Source of the DNA: a virus
Taxonomy: Duplodnaviria > Caudoviricetes
IMG/VR virus record: IMGVR_UViG_3300031994_000061
Coordinates: 1-64,000 of that record
Reading direction: 5' to 3' (one strand)
Length of the DNA stretch: 64,000 nucleotides
In this document: positions 54,652 to 63,951 of the stretch, piece by piece
Layout: each line of letters begins with the position of its first letter
Position numbering within the stretch: position 1 is the first letter of the stretch
Notes under the pieces: model-generated
What the model saw: only the letters and a program-made list of their open reading frames with translations
Told to the model about the DNA's origin: nothing
The model's database searches: none
Program-made: the position numbers and the translations under genes

Positions 54652-56688
54652 ATGATAATACACTTAAACGAAGATATATTCCATAAGCTATTCATTGCAG
54701 AAGGTAAACTTACGACACAAGCAAAGAATAGAACATACCAGGTATTGAAAAATGGTAATTCTTGGGTTGCATCTGTAATAGATAATCCATGTACTGAGGA
54801 TGGTATGGATGGTAGTATAACATATTTTGATTGGGTTTATAAAGAAATTACTAGCCACTGGTGTAGGCAAAACATAAAGCTTACTCCAGTTATCGCCAAT
54901 ATTCTTTTTAATGAACTTGGTTTTATGGGAATTAATCCACAAGCTGATAAAATAGCAATGTTTGGTAAAATTGTTCCTTTATTCGAATCAGACCCTAAAC
55001 TCGGCTCTTTACCTTGGAATGAAGCTATTAAGTATACATATAATGACCTATACAATTATTTTATGCCACAGATAGAGCAAAAAGAACAGGAAACTACTGA
55101 TAAAATAAATAATGAAACGTATGGTCAAAGCGATTATGATATAATGCATTTAAAAAATTATGAATTGGCAACAAGGTTTTCTGATTATACAGGTGGATAT
55201 ATGGCAGAGGGTCATAAAATATGCTATACAACATCACGAAATACATGGAATAATTTTACAAATAATGGGGAATATAATGTGTATGTGTGCCTTAAGCATG
55301 GTTTTGAAAGTGTTAAACCAAAACCAGGAGAAGATGCCCCATTTGATGAATATGGTTTATCTATGATTTTTGTTATTGTTGACACTAAAGGGAAATTAAC
55401 AACATCTAATGTAAGATGGAATCATGCGTATGTTGAACAATGGAATAGAAATCATAGAAATGAGCCAGCTAGAAAGGTTGATAGTATATTGGATGAATAT
55501 GAAATTTCTAAAATAATAAATCGTAATTTTAAAGAAACATTTACTGGAAAATATAATTTAGGATTAAAAGAGCTGGAAGAAAAAATAAAAACAGCAGATG
55601 ATTTTTGGAGTATTAGCGCATATTTTGATTTGGATTTTAATATTGGTAAAGGATTTTATCTTGTTAAATATGATGATAATTTTAATGTAGTTGATTTTAA
55701 TAACAGAAAATTTGTATTTAAAGATTGGTATGATGAGATTACTTCAATACGTAATGGTATTGTAAACATTACTGATATGGGAGTTAGTATGTTGTTTGAT
55801 GTGTTCGATTCAAGGGAAATTACTAGACGAGTTACTGGAATAAAATTTGTTAATGTTATGGAATCTGGTGCAGTCGTTATGTATATTAATGATGAATCTA
55901 AATTGAAATATCTTTATAATCTTGAAAATGAAATGATTATAAGAAATGAACCATACAAGTCTGTTGAAGCTATATTTAATGGTCTAGCATATGTTAAATG
56001 TACAAATGATTTCTATTCTATAATCAATATGGAAACTGGAGAGGCTTTGTGGCACGAATACTATCAGAAGCTGTACTTTGTTGGTAATGATTGGGTGATA
56101 CTTCAAAACCTTGATAGGCAATACTACATCTTTAACAATAGGACAAGAACACTCTTGAATGAAAACGGATATGACGAAATATGTTATGATAAGAAAAAAT
56201 TGGCAAACGAACTGTTGTTCGATAAACTAGGCTCAAGATATTCGCCTGGTAGGTATGTACTGGTAAAAATAGGTGGATTATATTATGCCCAGTTTGAGCA
56301 TGGCGAATTGCGTAGTATATCAAGTCCAGATGTCTGTGGGTATGATGAACATGAAAAGTACGAGGAAATGGCTAAAGAGCTGGATGACTTTATGCATAAT
56401 GCCCCTTATCCTTTCGGTCATAAGAACTACATGGAGGGACTATATGATTTCTATGTCAACAGAAAAGAAACGGACGGACTTCTTGAGATAGCTGAAGACT
56501 ACGTAAAAGTCAATGGAAAATCAATCCTGGAGAGAGATAGAATGAACTTCGATGCTTTTGAACCAGAAGAGGAGTTAGATAAACTAACATACAAATATAT
56601 GGAAGCTGCTAGGATGTTAGCTATTGACTATCATTATGTGTTTGACGAAATGAGGAGTGAAGATGAATATGAGGGCGAACAGCAATAA
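54652..56688 (+). CDS. large putative virion protein (PcfJ/GNAT-like domain plus WG-like beta repeats)
   Basis: IHLNE leader; GHKICYT...W..F; DEYGLSMIFVIV; repeats such as WYDEITSIRNG and YKSVEAIFNG; start moved to MIIHL. Confidence 0.6.
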   Translation: MIIHLNEDIFHKLFIAEGKLTTQAKNRTYQVLKNGNSWVASVIDNPCTEDGMDGSITYFDWVYKEITSHWCRQNIKLTPVIANILFNELGFMGINPQADKIAMFGKIVPLFESDPKLGSLPWNEAIKYTYNDLYNYFMPQIEQKEQETTDKINNETYGQSDYDIMHLKNYELATRFSDYTGGYMAEGHKICYTTSRNTWNNFTNNGEYNVYVCLKHGFESVKPKPGEDAPFDEYGLSMIFVIVDTKGKLTTSNVRWNHAYVEQWNRNHRNEPARKVDSILDEYEISKIINRNFKETFTGKYNLGLKELEEKIKTADDFWSISAYFDLDFNIGKGFYLVKYDDNFNVVDFNNRKFVFKDWYDEITSIRNGIVNITDMGVSMLFDVFDSREITRRVTGIKFVNVMESGAVVMYINDESKLKYLYNLENEMIIRNEPYKSVEAIFNGLAYVKCTNDFYSIINMETGEALWHEYYQKLYFVGNDWVILQNLDRQYYIFNNRTRTLLNENGYDEICYDKKKLANELLFDKLGSRYSPGRYVLVKIGGLYYAQFEHGELRSISSPDVCGYDEHEKYEEMAKELDDFMHNAPYPFGHKNYMEGLYDFYVNRKETDGLLEIAEDYVKVNGKSILERDRMNFDAFEPEEELDKLTYKYMEAARMLAIDYHYVFDEMRSEDEYEGEQQ

Positions 56689-56716
56689 AGGTATCATAAA
56701 CTTGATACCTTTTTTT
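56687..56716 (+). terminator. intrinsic terminator
   Basis: AAAGGTATCA-TAAACT-TGATACCTTT plus T tract. Confidence 0.85.
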
Positions 56717-56763
56717 ATTGACTGATATTTATAGAGAAATAACTTAATTAATTATATTTTGAT

Positions 56764-57063
56764 ATGAAAACTAATATGTTAGACTACATGTACGAGGGTT
56801 ATGGATATGATATGGACAACCAGCTCCTTTATGTTGATGTTGAGAATTACGAAGAGGCTCTTACAGAGGAATCAAAGATGTCAACTGCTGGTATGGAGAC
56901 CCTTACCCACCAGGGAATTGTAGGACACGAGCCACAGCTTGAGGTTGAGAAGGCTAGAAAGTATTCAGAAGTTGGACAGTTCATTTCTGAGAATGGTGCT
57001 AACTATACAGACCTTAGACAGGGTGTTTGCGCTTGCAATCCTAACGGTTCTACAAATCCATAA
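56764..57063 (+). CDS. hypothetical late protein
   Basis: ORF track, 99 aa; TATTTATA at 56726. Confidence 0.7.
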   Translation: MKTNMLDYMYEGYGYDMDNQLLYVDVENYEEALTEESKMSTAGMETLTHQGIVGHEPQLEVEKARKYSEVGQFISENGANYTDLRQGVCACNPNGSTNP

Positions 57064-57084
57064 TTATTTTTTATATTGTTTTGA

Positions 57085-60000
57085 ATGGGAAAGACTATTA
57101 GATTTAACGAGAACAGTTTAATAGCATTGAAAAATGAATTAAACGAAATTATGGCTGGCAGTAACGATATTGTCAGCCATAACGACGTTACTGTTAAGTT
57201 ATATCATGGGACTGACATACTGGCTCTTGTTAACATATTAAAAACAAACAGGGTATGTGCAGGCGAGGGCAGACAGCATGGTGAAACTCATGGTATAAAT
57301 TGGTTTTCGTTAGAAAATGATGGTAGCTTTAATAGAGGTGCTTGTTTCTCAATAGAAGTACCTAAATCTGACTTGGGTAAAGAATTCCAAGTAATGAATA
57401 GTGTTCACGTAACATCAAGAAATTCATGCCTTGATATATCTGGGTATAGTCCTAAGGTGGAATATTTCTGTGGACATACTAGAGAAGGTCTTAATAACTG
57501 TTATAGAATACTCACTGAAAAGGGTGAGAGATACCCTATCGAATGGATGAGGGATGAGATTTTCTATAACTGGTGTGAAAGGTCTGGTAACGAAGATACA
57601 TATATGAGTGTTAGAGACCAGGATTTTGGGGTTATAATGGCTAACGTTCTTGGTGAGGATGCTGTTCGTAGGGAAGGCTTTATTAATGAAGCAGCACCAG
57701 AGGTTGACAAATTCTCAATTGGTGCTGAGAGCAGTGACCCTCCTGTTGGTGGAAACTATTATCACGAGGGTACTGTGGAAGAATCATACGGCAACAGGAT
57801 TGCAAACATCGATATGTCTGAAGTAGGTGAAGTGAAGTGTGATGAATGGACATACGATGAAGAGGAATACCAGGAATGGCTTGCTGACAATGAGATACCA
57901 GATACGCCAGAGAATAAGATGGCTTATATAGAAGATTTCAACGTAGAGTTTGAGATAACTTACCTTGATAATCAGACCTACCATACTATGGGTGGAGATT
58001 GGGCTTACTATGATGACCTTGAAGAAGTATTCGGAGAGAAAATTGCAAAGAGGATTGAGGCTGATATGCTTAAGTACGGACAGTCTAAGTTCGATACAAC
58101 TGAATTGTATTCAGACTCGTCCTATGATATAAACAACCCACAGGAGCTTAACGATATTGCCATGAAACTTCTACCTCATGGCGAGTATTTTAAGGACTGT
58201 AGAGGGTTCGTATTAAGTAATGGTGTCGTTCTGTATACTGAAGGTGAACACAACGATGTGCAGAGAATACCTGGTATACATGATAAATTTCAGTTTGTTG
58301 AACTTGGTAATATAAGAGTGTTAGAGAGGTCAATAGATATTGGTGCAGAACCTACATGGGAACAGGAAAGGGTATTGAGACAAATAGTGTCATCTTATGA
58401 AGGTGAGAAGTTCTACGTTGACATATTCCATGATGGAGGAGAAATAAGTGCTTTCTATCCATCAGCAGATTATCGTTATGTACTTGGAGAAATAGATAGA
58501 TTCTACTCTGAGGGTATAAAGCCACAGGGAGGTTTCGCATATGAGTCAAAAAAGTCTATGAAGACGATTAATGAAATATCAAAGGCAAGTAACAAAGAGA
58601 TATATTCTGAAGCATTCAAGAGTTGGTTCGGAGACTGGGAAAATGTAGATGCTGATGACTTTTGGTACAATGAGGATGTTAGTAAAGTTGTTGACGAAAA
58701 TAGGATGCCTGGAATTGTCAAACATGGAACACCAAACAAGTTTGATACATTTGACAGTAAGATGATAGGCACAAGTACTGACCCAGGATGGTTAGGAACT
58801 GGCTTTTATTTCTATGGTGATAATGATATATATGCTGGGCAGTATGCTGGAAGAAATGGTGTTGTGATGGAGTGCTATTTAAATATAAGAAATCCATATA
58901 TAGCAACGGGAGAAGACATGGATAAATTGTCTGAGGCTAATTCAAAGGAAGCATCAGATGAATTTAGGGAATATCTTGAATCAGAGGGATATGATGGAGT
59001 GTATTATAATGGAGACTTAAATGAGGAATGGGTTGCTTTCTATCCAGAACAAATTAAGAAAGTTGGTTCTTTTGTAGTTAATGAGAATCTTGAACCAGAA
59101 GTTTCCTCATCAGAGGTTGACCTGTCTTCATTCAAGAAACGTGACACCCTCCCTCCTAAGATATGGAAGGATGAGGAAACACTAAATTCTAGAGTTAGGT
59201 TAAAATTACTTGACATTGCTGATGATTTCTGGGAGTTTGTAAATCTCACCTGGGTTGAACCTAAGGGTATAATAATTACTGGCTCTATATGTAATTTCAA
59301 TTGGTCTAAGTTCTCTGACATTGACCTTCATCTTATAGTAGATTTTAATGAAATTGACAGTAAGACTGAATTTGTTAGACAATATCTAGACTCGAAGAAG
59401 AATGAGTGGAACAATGAACATGAGGGGCTTAAGATAATGGGTTTCCCTGTTGAGTTGTATGTGCAGAATATTGGAGAGAATCCAGAGGCTGGGGGAATAT
59501 ATGACCTTGAGGAAAATGTGTGGATTAGAAAGCCTAACCCACATAGTATAAAGAATATTGGCCTTAATAAGTTCAATATAAAGGATAAGGCGGCTGAGAT
59601 AATGACAATTATTGATGATATGTGTGATGCATTATCATCAACTAATGATGAATATGAAGTAAGTAAGATTGGTGAGGATGCTCATTACCTATGGGATAAG
59701 GTAAAGGATTTAAGAAAGAAGAGCCTCACAAAGCGTGGAGAAAACGGTGCGGGAAATATAGTGTATAAGGTACTTAGAAGAACTGGTTACCTTGATAAAC
59801 TATTTAAGTTATTCTCAGCGTCATATGATAAGTCAAACTCTATAACAGAATCTAAAGAACCACTAAATGAGTTTCTTGATAATAACTATGGTATGCCATT
59901 GTACAAATATTTCCAATGGGCTGAGAAAGCTTCAGACAGAGATAAAGTAGAAGATTTAATTCGTCATTGCCCATATATACTTGAGAAATTTTCTGAAGAT

Positions 60001-61092
60001 GTGTCTGGATACTATGATGATATTGATGAACTTTGTGATGAACTTAGTAGTGATTATAATTTGGCATATGATGATGATTTTCTGAATAAACTTATAAATG
60101 CTTTAGAAAGGAATAAATTATTTAACAAATTGCTTGATAATGCACATAACTATGTTCATTATTCAGACCTTCCATCATGGATGATAATGGATTTCATCAG
60201 ATTGGTTAAAAATGAATGGTGTATACATTTCACAAGTAATGCATATAGTGTTGCACAGAAAGGTTTCACTGGTGGGACACCAGATGTTGAAGATTTAGCA
60301 TATACTAGTTTTGGTAAACAGAAGCTTTATCCTGGATATGATTTTGCCTTCCTAATTGGTGACAGAAGTGTGGATTTTAATGGTTATGGTAACGAAGCTG
60401 TAATATTTAGAGCAAGCGGTGTATTATTAAGGCATCATGGTGATGAACAAGACCAAGTTGTATTCTGGGGTCCAAGCATAAAAGAAATGATATCCATAGA
60501 GAAAGAACAATATTCTCATTATTGGAATATAATAGGGGCAAATGGAGAAGTTTTAAAAACTGGAAAACCTAGTGAACTTGCATATTGGGCAACAGAGAAT
60601 CTTCCACAATATAGAAATCAGATAGTGGCTGGAAAAAGTGGGTTTAAACCTTGGGGATTCAGCAGACCGAAGTTTGATAATGAATTCATTAAACACCCAT
60701 TTAAAAACGAATCCATTAAAAAATATTTAACACTCATCAAGGAGGAATTCGCAATGGATGGTTCATCTGAAGGTAATCCTTATGAGAAGAGGTGGAAAGC
60801 TGAAAGAGAAGCTTTGAAAAACTTTGTTGCCAACTATGGTAAACTGATGCAGTCGAAAGAAGACAATAAGCAGGGTAGATTGTATAAGGTTTATTATGAT
60901 GAAACAATGTCTAATCTTATAGGATACAATTATTGCATCTGTGTGCAGTGGGATGAATTAACAATGAAACCTAAGAGTACGGTCTATATTAGAGCACTTG
61001 ATAAGTTTACTCCATTTATAAGGAGAAATTTGCAATATGATGATAGAGGCTTCGATAATCAAAGGGGTACTTATGACGATATAAGACCATAA
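57085..61092 (+). CDS. polyvalent protein: ART-like domains plus Pol-beta nucleotidyltransferase plus unknown domains
   Basis: LYHGT ART-like N-domain; FKSWFGDW...HGT...GFYF...YLNIRNP...GYDGV ART-PolyVal-like domain; TGS...SDIDLH...VELY nucleotidyltransferase. Confidence 0.8.
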   Translation: MGKTIRFNENSLIALKNELNEIMAGSNDIVSHNDVTVKLYHGTDILALVNILKTNRVCAGEGRQHGETHGINWFSLENDGSFNRGACFSIEVPKSDLGKEFQVMNSVHVTSRNSCLDISGYSPKVEYFCGHTREGLNNCYRILTEKGERYPIEWMRDEIFYNWCERSGNEDTYMSVRDQDFGVIMANVLGEDAVRREGFINEAAPEVDKFSIGAESSDPPVGGNYYHEGTVEESYGNRIANIDMSEVGEVKCDEWTYDEEEYQEWLADNEIPDTPENKMAYIEDFNVEFEITYLDNQTYHTMGGDWAYYDDLEEVFGEKIAKRIEADMLKYGQSKFDTTELYSDSSYDINNPQELNDIAMKLLPHGEYFKDCRGFVLSNGVVLYTEGEHNDVQRIPGIHDKFQFVELGNIRVLERSIDIGAEPTWEQERVLRQIVSSYEGEKFYVDIFHDGGEISAFYPSADYRYVLGEIDRFYSEGIKPQGGFAYESKKSMKTINEISKASNKEIYSEAFKSWFGDWENVDADDFWYNEDVSKVVDENRMPGIVKHGTPNKFDTFDSKMIGTSTDPGWLGTGFYFYGDNDIYAGQYAGRNGVVMECYLNIRNPYIATGEDMDKLSEANSKEASDEFREYLESEGYDGVYYNGDLNEEWVAFYPEQIKKVGSFVVNENLEPEVSSSEVDLSSFKKRDTLPPKIWKDEETLNSRVRLKLLDIADDFWEFVNLTWVEPKGIIITGSICNFNWSKFSDIDLHLIVDFNEIDSKTEFVRQYLDSKKNEWNNEHEGLKIMGFPVELYVQNIGENPEAGGIYDLEENVWIRKPNPHSIKNIGLNKFNIKDKAAEIMTIIDDMCDALSSTNDEYEVSKIGEDAHYLWDKVKDLRKKSLTKRGENGAGNIVYKVLRRTGYLDKLFKLFSASYDKSNSITESKEPLNEFLDNNYGMPLYKYFQWAEKASDRDKVEDLIRHCPYILEKFSEDVSGYYDDIDELCDELSSDYNLAYDDDFLNKLINALERNKLFNKLLDNAHNYVHYSDLPSWMIMDFIRLVKNEWCIHFTSNAYSVAQKGFTGGTPDVEDLAYTSFGKQKLYPGYDFAFLIGDRSVDFNGYGNEAVIFRASGVLLRHHGDEQDQVVFWGPSIKEMISIEKEQYSHYWNIIGANGEVLKTGKPSELAYWATENLPQYRNQIVAGKSGFKPWGFSRPKFDNEFIKHPFKNESIKKYLTLIKEEFAMDGSSEGNPYEKRWKAEREALKNFVANYGKLMQSKEDNKQGRLYKVYYDETMSNLIGYNYCICVQWDELTMKPKSTVYIRALDKFTPFIRRNLQYDDRGFDNQRGTYDDIRP

Positions 61093-61159
61093 ATTACTGA
61101 TTTTTTACTAATACGAAATATTTATATTTAAAATAAGTTGAAAAATTAATATATTAATT

Positions 61160-62917
61160 ATGAATAAAGTAAACACTAACGACACTCTTAACAGAATGAA
61201 GTCATTAATGAATTACGGACTTCAGACTGAGAGTAAAAAAGCACCATACAGTGCGGTTGAGTACCAGAGGGTTGGTGCTGATGGAAAGGTTTATGGTATT
61301 GTACGTGAGGGTACTAAGTATTACATAAAGTCTGCTCCTAACAAGCAAAACCTTATCAAAGAAGACTTTAGCTACATTGGTGGTTTTAGAAACAGAAAGG
61401 ACAATGAGTACACCAGCTATGCTAATGCTCAGAAAAACTTTGACATGAAGATGATGTCTCTTAAGGAGGCTTACAACAATCCTACCTTCAATGTTGAGTC
61501 TTGGGACTTGAACAAAAAGGAAATGGTTGTTACTGAGGCTTCTGATAAGATGAAGGGTGAGATTCTTCGTGAGCGTCAGATTATGAAGAATGCCATGAAT
61601 ATCATGGAGAAGAAAGGCGCAATCTGCTGCGACGGACAGGAAGGTTTTAAGGATAATATCAAGAAAGAAACCCCAAAGACTGGAGATGCAAAGGATGCAC
61701 CAGACGGATTCACTGAAGAACCAGCAGAGGAGTTCAAGGCTAAGGAGAATATCAAGGAAGAAGAGGTTCTTGGTTGGAACAGAAAGAGTCCAGACTATAT
61801 GGACAAGTCTCATGGAACTGAAATCGGTGATAGCGCACCATTCGATGATGCTGAGGCACGTAACATCGATGACCAGGATAAGAAGGTAACTAAGACTGGC
61901 GAAATGAAGAACGGTGTTGTTGAGAATCATGGTACTTCAATGCACGATACAGATGACCAGAACAAGCCAGCTGTAGGTGTTGGTGAAGGTCCTTCAGATG
62001 ATAACAACAAGCCTTTCGATGATGAGAAGGGTAAACAGATTGACGAGGCTATTGACGGTATCGAAGGAGACGTTGATGATGTTGAAGGCGAGGGAGAACC
62101 TGTAGGTGATGAGCCAATGGGTGATGACCTTGGTGGGGACGAGCCAATTGGTGATGACCTTGGTGCAGAAGGTGACGAGCTTGGTGACGATATGGGTGAT
62201 GACCTTGGAGACGAGGGTGACGAATTTGGTGATGACGAATTCGGTGGTGAGGATGACCTTGAACAGCGTATCAGTGCAATGGAGGACATTCTTTCACAGA
62301 TTGCTTCAAAGCTTGGAATCGAGACTCCAGCAGTGGACGCTGATGCATATGGTGATGATGAACTTTTCGATGGAGAGGGTGATGACCTTGGTGGTGATGA
62401 ACTTGGTGCAGAAGGTGACGAATTTGGTGATGATAAATTCGGTGGTGATGACCTTGGCGGTGAGGGAGAAGTAGAACCAGAAGATGACATCGAGGACGGA
62501 CTTGACAGAGAGTGCGGAATGAATCCTGGTGCAGGTATGACTTACGAGTCAAGAAACAACGAGGGAATCCAGATTTTCGAGACAGCAGCTTATAGGAGAG
62601 CTATGGGCAAGCAGAGAATGAATGAAGAGGGTATGACCCCTTTTAAGGACGCTGGTCGTGTTCCACAGGGAAACATGAACAAGCTTGATGACTTCGGAAA
62701 GCACCCAGCATATCAGAAGGTTGTTATGGACCTTCCTCCAAAGGATATGAAGGAGTTCCCAGGCAACTACGATATGAATGATGATTCTGTTAAGAATGAT
62801 ACACCTTATGGTGAGAAGATTGGTGATGGCGCACCATTTGAGATTGACCCAGAGGCAATCGACAATGCAATCGCTGAAGCTTTCGACCGTTTAAAAAAAA
62901 AATCTAACGGAAAGTAA
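61160..62917 (+). CDS. highly acidic putative prohead core/scaffold protein
   Basis: LNRMKSLMNYG start; long D/E/G repeats at 62040-62510; TATTTATA at 61119. Confidence 0.6.
   Translation: MNKVNTNDTLNRMKSLMNYGLQTESKKAPYSAVEYQRVGADGKVYGIVREGTKYYIKSAPNKQNLIKEDFSYIGGFRNRKDNEYTSYANAQKNFDMKMMSLKEAYNNPTFNVESWDLNKKEMVVTEASDKMKGEILRERQIMKNAMNIMEKKGAICCDGQEGFKDNIKKETPKTGDAKDAPDGFTEEPAEEFKAKENIKEEEVLGWNRKSPDYMDKSHGTEIGDSAPFDDAEARNIDDQDKKVTKTGEMKNGVVENHGTSMHDTDDQNKPAVGVGEGPSDDNNKPFDDEKGKQIDEAIDGIEGDVDDVEGEGEPVGDEPMGDDLGGDEPIGDDLGAEGDELGDDMGDDLGDEGDEFGDDEFGGEDDLEQRISAMEDILSQIASKLGIETPAVDADAYGDDELFDGEGDDLGGDELGAEGDEFGDDKFGGDDLGGEGEVEPEDDIEDGLDRECGMNPGAGMTYESRNNEGIQIFETAAYRRAMGKQRMNEEGMTPFKDAGRVPQGNMNKLDDFGKHPAYQKVVMDLPPKDMKEFPGNYDMNDDSVKNDTPYGEKIGDGAPFEIDPEAIDNAIAEAFDRLKKKSNGK
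62040..62510 (+). repeat. coding acidic repeats (GDDLG/GDEFG)
   Basis: GGTGATGACCTTGG and GGTGACGAATTTGG units repeated in frame. Confidence 0.85.
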
Positions 62918-63392
62918 TAGACCAACAAAATTAAGAATACCTAACAGTGCACCACTTGGAGGTGACATGGATGGCATGGGTGGTTTAGATAATGCTCCAA
63001 TGCCTCCAGTGGACGCTGACCCAGGTATGCCTATGGATGGAGAAACACCTCCACCCCCACCTCCAGCTCCAGAAACAGACCCAATTGCAGGAGGACCTGA
63101 TGATGACCCGCTTGCAGGAGACCCAAACGCATTGAGTGCAGGAGACCCAAATGCAGCAGGTGGAGATATTTCACAGAAGTATCAACAATTGTCACCAGAC
63201 CAGCAGAAAGCAGCTGACAAGTATGTTGACAGTATGCTTAACACTGAGTCAATTGATAGGATAAGGAGAGCCATAGACGAGACTTTTTCAACCATACTGG
63301 ATGATACCCAGGAAGGTACTGAAAGACCTCAGAAAGAGCTTGGGAGTGATGTTAAAGGTAATTTAAATAATCCATATACACCTGGAATATAA
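62895..63392 (+). CDS. +1-frame extension of the 61160 gene (or separate ORF from ATG 62967)
   Basis: frame opens right after TAA 62892-62894 inside the A10 run and reads KKNLTESNRPTKLRIP... Confidence 0.65.
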   Translation, partial: KKNLTESNRPTKLRIPNSAPLGGDMDGMGGLDNAPMPPVDADPGMPMDGETPPPPPPAPETDPIAGGPDDDPLAGDPNALSAGDPNAAGGDISQKYQQLSPDQQKAADKYVDSMLNTESIDRIRRAIDETFSTILDDTQEGTERPQKELGSDVKGNLNNPYTPGI

Positions 63393-63394
63393 AA

Positions 63395-63428
63395 TAAAAA
63401 GGGGATACTGCTTGCAGTGTCCCTTTTT
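63395..63428 (+). terminator. intrinsic terminator
   Basis: AAAAAGGGGATACTG-CTTG-CAGTGTCCCTTTTT. Confidence 0.85.
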
Positions 63429-63462
63429 CATTGTCTTATATATTTATATTAAAATTAATCTT

Positions 63463-63951
63463 ATGAAAGTATACGTTAAAAAAGATAAGATGTTGAAGCT
63501 TCTTGGCGAAGGTAAGGTATTTTCCAAGAAGGATTTGGTATTAAAGGAATCTGGGGTCAGTGGTTTTGAGAGGAGTGCTGCAAATGTAAGTGCTGCTGCA
63601 CGTGATGCTGCAACAAAACTGGCTGCAAACGGAAACCTAACTGATGTTACTGGTAGTGCAGATGATATTACATTAGGAAATGGTAATTCAGCAAATGGTG
63701 TGTCACAAGACCCTGTTATAACAACAGACGTTAAGAGTCCACAGTCAATACAGCAAACGCAGAACATACTGAACAGAATGAATCCTACAGAAAAGTCTAA
63801 CCTTGATGTTAAGTTCGTTGACGGAACAAAACAGAGAAACGGTGCAATGGAGAACTCATCGGTTGCTTCAAAGAAAACTATGGATGAAATGAGGGAGAAC
63901 TCAATACCATTTACAAAGTCAGAGCTTACAGAATTTTTGAAAAGTATTTAA
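63463..63951 (+). CDS. putative late/virion protein
   Basis: start moved to MKVYV; TATTTATA at 63441; LKES motif. Confidence 0.7.
   Translation: MKVYVKKDKMLKLLGEGKVFSKKDLVLKESGVSGFERSAANVSAAARDAATKLAANGNLTDVTGSADDITLGNGNSANGVSQDPVITTDVKSPQSIQQTQNILNRMNPTEKSNLDVKFVDGTKQRNGAMENSSVASKKTMDEMRENSIPFTKSELTEFLKSI

Larger units (their letters stand above)
19919..63448. promoter_or_regulatory. putative phage late-promoter motif TATTTATA (dispersed)
   Basis: sense-strand copies at 19919, 32521, 45813, 45861, 54627, 56726, 61119, 63441 and on the - strand at 47105-47112; most are 8-35 nt before a start codon. Confidence 0.65.
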
